Origin: an uncultured Bacillota bacterium
GTDB taxonomy: Bacteria > Bacillota_I > Bacilli_A > RFN20 > CAG-826
Assembly: GCA_949293555.1 (NCBI GenBank)
Contig: CASFDV010000003.1
Span: 7,614-71,613, forward strand
Direction of reading: 5' to 3'
Length of the DNA: 64,000 nucleotides
This document shows, in pieces, positions 56,954-64,000 of this stretch (within the stretch, counting starts at the first letter, position 1; every line of letters starts with the position of its first letter). A program made the translations under genes and the position numbers. A model generated the notes under the pieces. The model made no database searches. It had not been told where the DNA came from and worked only from the letters and a program-made list of their open reading frames with translations.

Positions 56954-57314
56954 GACGTCCCTTCATACGAAGAAGGTGTTCGACGAGGTGAGGAACATCA
57001 GCCGCCTCCAGCCGTTCGCTCTTTCGAAGATCGCCCTCGCCTTGTCCATTCGCATGGAAACCCCCTTGTCGGAGGAAGACTTCAAGACAGATAACGAGGG
57101 GCTTGAGCTGGCAAGGGAAACCGTATGCGGACCGTATGATTCCCTCTTTTCCATGGTCGTGTGCGAGGACGCTGGGAAGGCGATCGCGGACTCGGAAATC
57201 TTCTCCACCTATTTCAAGGCCCATATCGACCGGGGCGCGAAGGAACTGGAGAAGGAGTTCCGTTACGACAAGAGGCTTTTCCGTCGCCTCATCGGCCTGA
57301 AGGATTCGATCTAG
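56937..57314 (+). CDS. dndE: DNA sulfur modification protein DndE
   Basis: 125 aa, immediately downstream of dndD with a 17-nt overlap. RBS GGAAGGAGG. Sequence pattern ISRLQPFALSKIALALSI...FKAHIDRG is typical of DndE. Confidence 0.7.
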   Translation: MGNRLRTSLHTKKVFDEVRNISRLQPFALSKIALALSIRMETPLSEEDFKTDNEGLELARETVCGPYDSLFSMVVCEDAGKAIADSEIFSTYFKAHIDRGAKELEKEFRYDKRLFRRLIGLKDSI

Positions 57315-57381
57315 CACTGCTTTGATATCGCCTTTTCAATACAAGGCAAATCAACGTATCTACGGTTTTTTATAACTAAAC

Positions 57382-57420
57382 TCCAGAAAATCCGGAATGC
57401 AATTCCAGAAAATCCGGAAT
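57382..57420 (+). repeat. Two direct copies of TCCAGAAAATCCGGAAT (22-bp period) flanking a GGAATGCAATTCC palindrome
   Basis: Copies at 57382-57398 and 57404-57420, immediately after the dnd operon and before a truncated gene. Confidence 0.7.
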
Positions 57421-57432
57421 TCAGTCCTTTTC

Positions 57433-57948
57433 CTAGAGGAAGAGGAACGCCTCGGCCTGGAGGGCGAGTAGCCCTATGAGGAGGGCGGGCACCGCGACCA
57501 TGAGGCCTTCCCTCGTGAAGCGAAGGAAGGTGAGAGGGGCCCCTTCCTCCCTTACCTTCTGGAGGAACATGAGCCCAGCAAGGGCCTCGAAGGGGGTGAG
57601 ATAGGCGGCGAGGTTCGAGGAAAGGATGACCGCGTAGGGGGCAAGGGCCTCGTAAGGGGCGGACAGGAACACTTCCTCGAAGAGGACGGACATGGGGATG
57701 TTGTTCATGAGGTTCGCCAGGAGCATCGACCCGAGCCCGTGGCTCCAGATCGAATAGCCCTCCTGGTTCAGGTTCCCCGCGAGGAGGGAGGTGATCCCCT
57801 GCTCGTCCAGGGCAAGGACGACGACGAACATTCCGAGGAGGAGGGGGAGGAGGGAATAGGGAAGCCTCCCGCTGGAGAAGGGCCTGACGCTCCCCTCGAT
57901 CGACCTCGGCTTCCTGGAGGTGGGGTCCACCACCTTCTTCTGGATCAT
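57433..57948 (-). pseudogene. C-terminal fragment (171 aa) of an ArsB/NhaD-family permease; N-terminal part missing and replaced by lgt on the opposite strand
   Basis: Only the C-terminal hydrophobic segments are present. The ORF start overlaps the lgt start region. Confidence 0.4.
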
Positions 57949-58651
57949 CGGGATCCTGATGACGGTGCCCTTCTACTCCTACTTCGCCCCTAAGGTGGGT
58001 ATATCTAGACCCTTGGGGATCCTCGTCGGGCTCCTCATCGTCATCCTCGAGGCCTTCGGGGCGAAGATCCTTTTCTTCATCGAAAACCCCTCCTCCCTCG
58101 GGGACGGGGTGAGCTGGCTCGGGGGCTTCTCCCTCTTCGGGGTGTTCCTCTTCTCTCCTCTCTTCCTCGTCCTCGTCGCCCTTTTCCTCAAGAGGGACGT
58201 CCTCTCCTTCCTCGACTACTACGCGCCCGGGATCCTCATCGAGCTCGCCTTCTACCGGGTGGGGTGCACCCTCGCCGGGTGCTGCCGGGGGATCTACGTG
58301 GGCTGGGGGATCTCGGACGGGAGGACGGACGGGCTCTTCCCCGTCCAGCCCGTCGAGATCGCCCTCGACCTCCCTCTCTTCGCCTTCCTCCTGTTCCTGA
58401 TCCTCCGGAAGGACGCCTTCTCGAGGAAAGGGCTTCTCCTCGGCGCCACGTTCCTCGGCTACGGGGCGATCCGCTTCGCCCTGGAGTTCGTCCGGGAAAG
58501 GACGAACATCCTCTGGGAGCTCTCCCTTTCCCACGTCTGGGCCTTGATCACGATCCTCGCGGGCGCCCTTTTCCTCCTCCTTTCCCTTTGGAAAGGGAAG
58601 AAGGCCGGGAAAGAAGGGGGCAAGCCCTCCCTTTCCGACGTAAATCGTTAA
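57920..58651 (+). CDS. lgt: Prolipoprotein diacylglyceryl transferase
   Basis: Polytopic membrane protein carrying the Lgt signature GYGAIRFALEFVRE. Confidence 0.8.
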   Translation: MGSTTFFWIIGILMTVPFYSYFAPKVGISRPLGILVGLLIVILEAFGAKILFFIENPSSLGDGVSWLGGFSLFGVFLFSPLFLVLVALFLKRDVLSFLDYYAPGILIELAFYRVGCTLAGCCRGIYVGWGISDGRTDGLFPVQPVEIALDLPLFAFLLFLILRKDAFSRKGLLLGATFLGYGAIRFALEFVRERTNILWELSLSHVWALITILAGALFLLLSLWKGKKAGKEGGKPSLSDVNR

Positions 58652-58774
58652 TCTTTCTCCGGAAACCCCCTTTCTGCAGGGATTTCCCGCGCCCATCCGC
58701 GAATTCCTTGCAAAGCGTTCCTTCCCTCCTTTACGATGAAGTCGCCCCAAGGGGCCATCAAGGAGGTGCCTACC

Positions 58775-60793
58775 ATGAAGAAAAGGCATATCGCCCTCGC
58801 CCTCGCCCTCGCGCCGATGCTGGCGCTCGTCTCCTGCGACACCACCTCTTCCTCCTCCGATCCCATAGGAAGCGGTTCGGAAGGGACCTCCCAGTCCAAC
58901 GGGGAAGGAGAGACCCCCGTCGGAGGGGGAGAAGGATTCCACGTCGAGGAAGGGATCCCCGACAAGAAGGGGGACATCACCGAGGAGGCCTTCCTCGCCT
59001 TCACGGCGGAAGTCGCTTCCGCCATCACGGGGGAGGAAATCCCCGACCCCTCCCTCGAGGACATGCCCGAGAGCTTCCTCCCGACCCTCTCCAAGGGCGG
59101 CTGGACGGACGCGCTCCTCGAGGACATCGCCCCCGTCCTCACCTCGGAAGGCGCCGTCTCCCTCATCCAGTCCGTCATGATGGCTTCAAGCGGCATGCCC
59201 ATGGATCCCACGATGATCCCCGGGATGGTGGGCCAGGCCTACGACGTCCTGGGCGAGCTCCTGCCCATCGTCGACGAGGACCAGTTTGCCGCTATCCTCG
59301 TCGCGGGCTTCTCCACCTGGACCGTCTCCGCGGGCACGAGCGCCCCCCTCTTTGCCTTCGGGCTGAACTACGAGAACCAGGAGGAGGTCCTCGAGGTCGC
59401 CAAGGAAGACCCGGCGGCCCTCGCCTTCTTCGAGGGAGTGATCGAGCGCTCCGACTACGGGGTCGATCCTTCCGTCTACGAAGGCTGGAACGAGGAGACG
59501 GAGGAGCTCCTCTGGATGGCCGGGAGGACCGTCTACGGAGTCCTCTCCGCGATCATCGAGAACTTCGAGAAGACGGAGCTCGCCTCTCTCGTCGATAGCA
59601 TCCTCGCCCTCACCGCAACCACGTCCGGGGCCGCTCCTTCCGCGGAGGACGTCCTGGCTCTCCTCCACGGGGCGGGGAAGATCCTCCTGAACTGCCTCCC
59701 CGACGGGGAGTCCCTCTCCCTTCTCTTCGGGAAGGTCGCCGCGCTTCCGAGCATGAGCAGGGGATGCTTCGAGAACGAGGTTCTCGTCCACGGCTACTGG
59801 GGCGGGAACGTCTGGAACGAGGACCCCCTGACGGGGCTTCCCCCTCTGGGAGGGGACTTCCGGACCCTCCTCACCCTCCTCGGGACGATGCTCGAGAACG
59901 CCGAGCTCGAGCACGCGGAGGCGATCCTCGCCTTCGCCGAGGCGAGTACCTCCACCGACCCCGCGGCGATGGAGGCGATGACCGGCGCGATGGTCTCCCT
60001 CTCGAAGCTCTACGCCGAGGCCCTCGGCCTCATGGGGGACAAGGCGGACGAGGTCGCTCCTGCCATCGAGTCCGTCCTCTCCTTCGCCCTCGGGCAGGAT
60101 TCCTACGAGACCCAGAGCTCCTCGAGCGGGGATTCCTATGAGTTCCAGATCACCAAGACCACGAACGCGCTCGACAAGGAGGCCCTCGCCTCGCTCCTTG
60201 ATGCCATCGAGCTCATGGCGGACCTCGACATGGAGAACCCCGACCCCGACCTGATGTTGGAGATCTCCGCGGCGATGGAAGCCGCCTCCGCCCTCGCCAC
60301 GAGCGAGAGCGAGACCTACCTCCTCGCCTACGAGGAAAGCGGTCCTGTCGGGGAGAGCTACCCCGCCCCGACGGTCAGCAAGGTCAGTGAGGCGGGCGAG
60401 ACCCCGGTCGAGCACGTCCTCTCCGGGATCGACACGTCCGCCCCGGGGCAGGGGCTCGCGACCATCACGTTCGAGGACATCGAGTTCCTGTTCCGCTACG
60501 AGGTCAGCGACATCGACCGGAAGGTCTCCTACCTCGAGCTCCGGCATGAGAACGGCTACTTCTCGAGCGACGTGTCCAAGACGCTGGCCCTCTCCCCGGA
60601 CATGGGCTCCATCCAGGAGATCTCCTACCGCACGACGGACGGGGTCTCCGTCGCCGTCCCCGTCGAGGACCTGATCGGCTTCGACCTTTCCGTCCCCGAA
60701 GGGATCTTCATCCTGCCTCTAAGCGAGGAGGGGGCTTCCCAGCCGAGCGAGTACCGCGCGGTGCCCTACGTCGTCCTCAGCGAGGAAGCGTAA
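58775..60793 (+). CDS. Acidic surface lipoprotein (672 aa), hypothetical
   Basis: RBS AAGGAGG. Lipobox in MKKRHIALALALAPMLALVSCDT. Confidence 0.7.
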   Translation: MKKRHIALALALAPMLALVSCDTTSSSSDPIGSGSEGTSQSNGEGETPVGGGEGFHVEEGIPDKKGDITEEAFLAFTAEVASAITGEEIPDPSLEDMPESFLPTLSKGGWTDALLEDIAPVLTSEGAVSLIQSVMMASSGMPMDPTMIPGMVGQAYDVLGELLPIVDEDQFAAILVAGFSTWTVSAGTSAPLFAFGLNYENQEEVLEVAKEDPAALAFFEGVIERSDYGVDPSVYEGWNEETEELLWMAGRTVYGVLSAIIENFEKTELASLVDSILALTATTSGAAPSAEDVLALLHGAGKILLNCLPDGESLSLLFGKVAALPSMSRGCFENEVLVHGYWGGNVWNEDPLTGLPPLGGDFRTLLTLLGTMLENAELEHAEAILAFAEASTSTDPAAMEAMTGAMVSLSKLYAEALGLMGDKADEVAPAIESVLSFALGQDSYETQSSSSGDSYEFQITKTTNALDKEALASLLDAIELMADLDMENPDPDLMLEISAAMEAASALATSESETYLLAYEESGPVGESYPAPTVSKVSEAGETPVEHVLSGIDTSAPGQGLATITFEDIEFLFRYEVSDIDRKVSYLELRHENGYFSSDVSKTLALSPDMGSIQEISYRTTDGVSVAVPVEDLIGFDLSVPEGIFILPLSEEGASQPSEYRAVPYVVLSEEA

Positions 60794-60816
60794 GGAAAAG
60801 GGAGCCTTGCTCCCAG

Positions 60817-60843
60817 GGGCCCGGGAGACCGGGCCCTTTCCTT
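60817..60843. terminator. Bidirectional hairpin terminator between convergent genes
   Basis: GGGCCCGG-GAGA-CCGGGCCC followed by TTTCCTTT. Confidence 0.6.
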
Positions 60844-60850
60844 TCCCTTC

Positions 60851-62092
60851 CTACGCCTTCCCTCGGGAAGCCCGAAGGAGGAGCGAGAGATAGAAGAGCC
60901 CCTTCTCCTCCCCGAGCCCCTCGTATCGTTCGAGGGCCCTCCCGGCGAGAGAAAGCGCGTCCTCCTTCTCCTCCTCGCCCGCCCCTTCCTTGAGGATCGC
61001 CGCCGAGGCCAGGACGAGGGCCGCCCCGAGGGCCTCCTGGTCCAGGGGCCCTCTTTCCTCCCAGGAGGCGAGGACGTCCTTCAGGGAGCCTCCTTCCGGA
61101 GGGAGGGCTCCCTTCCTTGCAAGGAGGGAGAGCGCCTTCCTGAGGTCCCTTTCTCCCGGGGCCTCGTCCTTCCCGTAGGAAAGGAAGAGCCAGCCGTCCT
61201 TCTCGACGTAGGGGAAGGGGCCTTCCTCCCGTTTCGGCCTGACGGCGACCCCGATGAAGTTGGCGGTGTCGGGCCGGAAATAGTCCGCCCGGGGCAAGTC
61301 CAGGAGTCCGAGCTCCTTCTCCATCCTCGCCTTCAGAATCTGGCCGTAGCGCTTCTTGACCTTCCTGACGCCCTTCTGGAGGTCCTCGTCCAGGTCTTCC
61401 TCGTCCCTCACCTTCCTTAGGTTCCGGAGGTCGCGGACCCGGATCCATTCCTCGCCAGAGAAAAGCCGTTCGAAATCGGGGGGCGCCAGATAGCAGGAGA
61501 CAGCGTGCACCTCCATCCCCTTCCCGCCCTTGCCGATCCGGAAGCCCATGGGAATGAAGGGGAACTGCCCGATCTTCGCCCTCTGGGCCAGGAGGACGCC
61601 CATTGTCTCGGAAGCCTCGTTGAGCATGGCGAGCGTTTCCTGCTCCTTCGGGTCCTCGCCTTCCTCCTCTTCCGGGTCCTCGATCGCCTCATAGATCCCC
61701 TGGAGCGCGCGCTTCCGGACGTATACGCTCTGGTCGCACCATAGGGCCTCGATCGCCTTTTCCTTCTCCTTCCTGAGAAGGCCCGGGGCCCTGGCGATCC
61801 TATAGGAAATTTCCGCCGCCTCCGCCTGCCCGTAGCTCCGCTTCCCGAGATAGATGCCGCCGCCGGGGACGTCCCTGATGTCGCAGCCGATCCCCCGTAG
61901 ATAGTCCCTCGCGTCGTAGAAGGTGTGGCGGTGGATTTCCCCTTGCGCGCCCATCTCCTTCAGCTTCCTTGCGAAGAAGTCGTCGAAGGAAAGCGGGTGA
62001 TCCCTGTCCGAGTATTCCCGGAGCACCCTGAGGACCGGGATCGCGATGGTGCTCTTGGTCGTGGGCGAGCCTTGCCCTTTCTTGCTGCTCAT
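60851..62092 (-). CDS. Hypothetical protein, possible DNA-binding regulator
   Basis: Long ORF with coding-like composition. No firm motif identified. Confidence 0.45.
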   Translation of the reverse strand: MSSKKGQGSPTTKSTIAIPVLRVLREYSDRDHPLSFDDFFARKLKEMGAQGEIHRHTFYDARDYLRGIGCDIRDVPGGGIYLGKRSYGQAEAAEISYRIARAPGLLRKEKEKAIEALWCDQSVYVRKRALQGIYEAIEDPEEEEGEDPKEQETLAMLNEASETMGVLLAQRAKIGQFPFIPMGFRIGKGGKGMEVHAVSCYLAPPDFERLFSGEEWIRVRDLRNLRKVRDEEDLDEDLQKGVRKVKKRYGQILKARMEKELGLLDLPRADYFRPDTANFIGVAVRPKREEGPFPYVEKDGWLFLSYGKDEAPGERDLRKALSLLARKGALPPEGGSLKDVLASWEERGPLDQEALGAALVLASAAILKEGAGEEEKEDALSLAGRALERYEGLGEEKGLFYLSLLLRASRGKA

Positions 62093-62217
62093 GAGGGTAT
62101 GGTATCCGCGCCGTCCCCTTTGCGGAAGGGGAGGGGACAGGCGTTCGGGATTCCTAGGGCCAGGGACGGCTTCCCTTTCCTTACCATCTTTCCCTTTCTC
62201 CGTCTATAATCCGGCCC

Positions 62218-62832
62218 ATGAGGAAGAGGCCTCTCCGTTCCCTTTTCTCCCACCCGGGGCTTGCCCTGGGAGGGACGTTCCTCGCCCTTCTTGGGGCGAC
62301 GGGAATCGCCTTCTCCTCCTGGAGCACTCTCCATGGGGCGAGGCTTGATGGAATCCGGGCGGAGTTCGCCTCCGTCCTGGACGTCAGGGAATACGTGTAT
62401 GTCCCGGACGAGGAAGGCTATGGCTATTCCTGCACCCCTTATTCGAACGTCGGCTTCCTCGGCGAGGACGACAGGATCGTCTACGACGGGTCCTTCTCCT
62501 TCGCCTTCCAGGTGAGGACGGAGGACGGGGCGCTCCTATCGGTGTACCCCGACGGGATCCCTGTCTCGCTAACCCTTGAGCATTCCTCTGATTTCTCCGC
62601 GGCCTTCCCGAACGCGATCGCGGGCATTTCCGTCGAAGGCGCCACTGGGCTTTCGGTCGAGGGCGGCCGCTGCAGCTTCCTGGTGACTCCCCCTTCCTCG
62701 GGGAACGCCAAGGTGACGCTTTCGATGCCCTTGGTAGCGGCGGACGCCTATCGCTCCCCTTCTTCCTTCGTCACGGCGGCGAACTCCCTTGAAAGCGTCT
62801 CCGTCACCCTTTCGATCGGAGGGGCCTCATGA
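62218..62832 (+). CDS. Hypothetical secreted/membrane-anchored protein
   Basis: N-terminal hydrophobic segment LALGGTFLALLGATGIAF. Confidence 0.45.
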   Translation: MRKRPLRSLFSHPGLALGGTFLALLGATGIAFSSWSTLHGARLDGIRAEFASVLDVREYVYVPDEEGYGYSCTPYSNVGFLGEDDRIVYDGSFSFAFQVRTEDGALLSVYPDGIPVSLTLEHSSDFSAAFPNAIAGISVEGATGLSVEGGRCSFLVTPPSSGNAKVTLSMPLVAADAYRSPSSFVTAANSLESVSVTLSIGGAS

Positions 62833-64000
62833 GGAAGTCCCGCTTCCTTCCCTTCCTCCTTGGGGCGCTTGGCCTCGCTTTCCTCATCCCCACCGCCTCC
62901 TCCCTCTATCTCGTGAACCAGGCCTCGATGCGCTACGACTTCGACATCGTAAAGGGGAACGAGAGGGCGGTCGCCGTCATCGGCTCCGAGCCCGGCGTCT
63001 ACTACGCGAGCGTCGAGGGGGCGCTGAGGTCCGCGACTAGCAAGGTAAGCGATGCCGGAGAGAATCAGACCGTCTACGTCCTCCCCGGGATCAGCAATGA
63101 CTCGAATCCGATCGTCATAGATGAGGATTGCATAGTTTCCTCGGGGGTGATCCTCTCCTTGCCCTACGCCCAGAGCGGGGATACGTTCACCACCGGCTTC
63201 GAGCATTCCGAGGCCAAGGACATCTACGGGAGCGGAACGAATTTCGCGGACAGCACCCAGTCGAATGCTCAGACGAACCGGAAGACCCTCGTCCTCCTCG
63301 AGGAGGGAGTGAACCTGACGATCGAATCCGGGGGACGTGTGATCGTCGGAGGGGCGCTGGGCACTGGTTCCGGAGGCTCCAACACCTTGGGCATGACCTC
63401 CGGGAGCTACGCGGAGATCGCGATGAAGGCAGGCTCTTCGATCGACTGCCTCGGGGCATTCGACGTCCGGGGATACGTGAAGCCCTGGGATGAAGCCGAC
63501 GATGATGACGCGAACGGATGCCGCATCACGGTTGGCACTCCCTCCAGCAGCGGAGCTTCCCTTTCGCTTCCCTTGGTGTTCTATGGGTTCGAGGGCGGTT
63601 CGAAAGTCCTGGCGGGCGATGGCAGCGCGGGCAACCCTTTCTCATGGGATGGCTCCGCCCTGAATGGCGTCTTCCCCTTCGAGATCTTCGATTTGCCGAA
63701 CGTATCCGTCCCTTATACCGTCTATGAGGGAAATTCCGTCAACTGCACTTACGCTTTCCAAATGAGTTTCCAAGGCACGACTTATACGCTGGGCGGTCCC
63801 TTGAACCTTCTTGGCGAAGATAATGCGATCATGACCCTTGTCTCCCAAGGGTCGAGCATGACTTTTGACTACGAGCCGGCGGCTATCTATGAAATTAGCA
63901 GAATCGAGGATGGTGTTGTGACAACCATTCGTCGCGGGCTCTCCATCAACGATGCGTGGTGCTTGAAAAATGGCTGCGGGTGGCCCGCTGGCGTTTCTAT
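62828..64000 (+). CDS. Partial CDS (runs off the right edge): secreted Gly/Ser-rich hypothetical protein
   Basis: ATGA overlap with the upstream gene. Signal peptide MRKSRFLPFLLGALGLAFLIPTASS. The frame is open to the window end. Confidence 0.5.

Noticed and set aside
57311-58942. 543-aa ORF antisense to lgt
   Set aside because: Arg/Gly/Pro-rich shadow frame. The sense strand encodes Lgt with its family signature.
1-64000. CRISPR arrays, integrases or transposases
   Set aside because: No regularly spaced 25-40-bp repeats with unique spacers, and no recombinase or transposase-like ORFs were found. The only repeat arrays are the short iteron-like and palindromic elements reported in the findings.

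Overview
This is a high-GC (~65%) bacterial chromosomal segment from a lipoprotein-rich organism. Nearly every surface protein carries an L-x-x-C lipobox, and the lipoprotein diacylglyceryl transferase gene lgt is present. The left ~42 kb is core-like and dense in regulators. It holds a flavodoxin/ferredoxin fusion and a PP-loop amidotransferase, an Old Yellow Enzyme-type reductase, a PucR regulator, a helicase IV (HelD)-like helicase with zinc ribbons, and an ECF sigma/anti-sigma pair. It also holds tRNA-Phe and tRNA-Asp, a marR gene followed by a heterodimeric ABC exporter operon, and an MFS / zinc-phospholipase C-like / cardiolipin synthase / aldose 1-epimerase operon. Further right are malQ (4-alpha-glucanotransferase) and rimO (S12 methylthiotransferase), a frameshifted AlbA_2/HATPase_c_4 regulator, and a block of four very large paralogous surface proteins, one with a ~50-residue poly-Ser linker. 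Next come a nucleoside hydrolase, a small lipoprotein and tRNA-Thr. From tRNA-Thr (42353) to about 57430 the GC content drops and the content looks horizontally acquired. It contains an AAA-DUF4143 ATPase, a long non-coding stretch, a TetR gene overlapping a cupin remnant, a GrpB-GNAT fusion, an HNH protein and a small SAM methyltransferase. The key element is one co-directional seven-gene operon (48506-57314). It encodes a PLD-nuclease/SF2-helicase fusion, a 69-aa protein, an SMC-like AAA ATPase and a 174-aa protein, followed by clear dndC, dndD and dndE homologues (DNA phosphorothioation). No dndA or dndB gene is present in the window. Nothing in the window matches the dndFGH or sspE restriction partners, and the pbeABCD and sspFGH modules could not be compared from memory. 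I read this as a candidate new phosphorothioate-linked defence module. The island's right edge carries a truncated ArsB/NhaD-family (arsenite/Na+-H+ antiporter-type) permease remnant and 17-bp direct repeats next to lgt. Other notable structure: a 23-bp-period iteron-like array (5 copies) upstream of a second AAA-DUF4143 gene, a related 2x palindrome at the window's left edge, a G8 tract in the defence-operon promoter region, and an overlapping -35/-10 candidate promoter with a palindromic operator upstream of marR.
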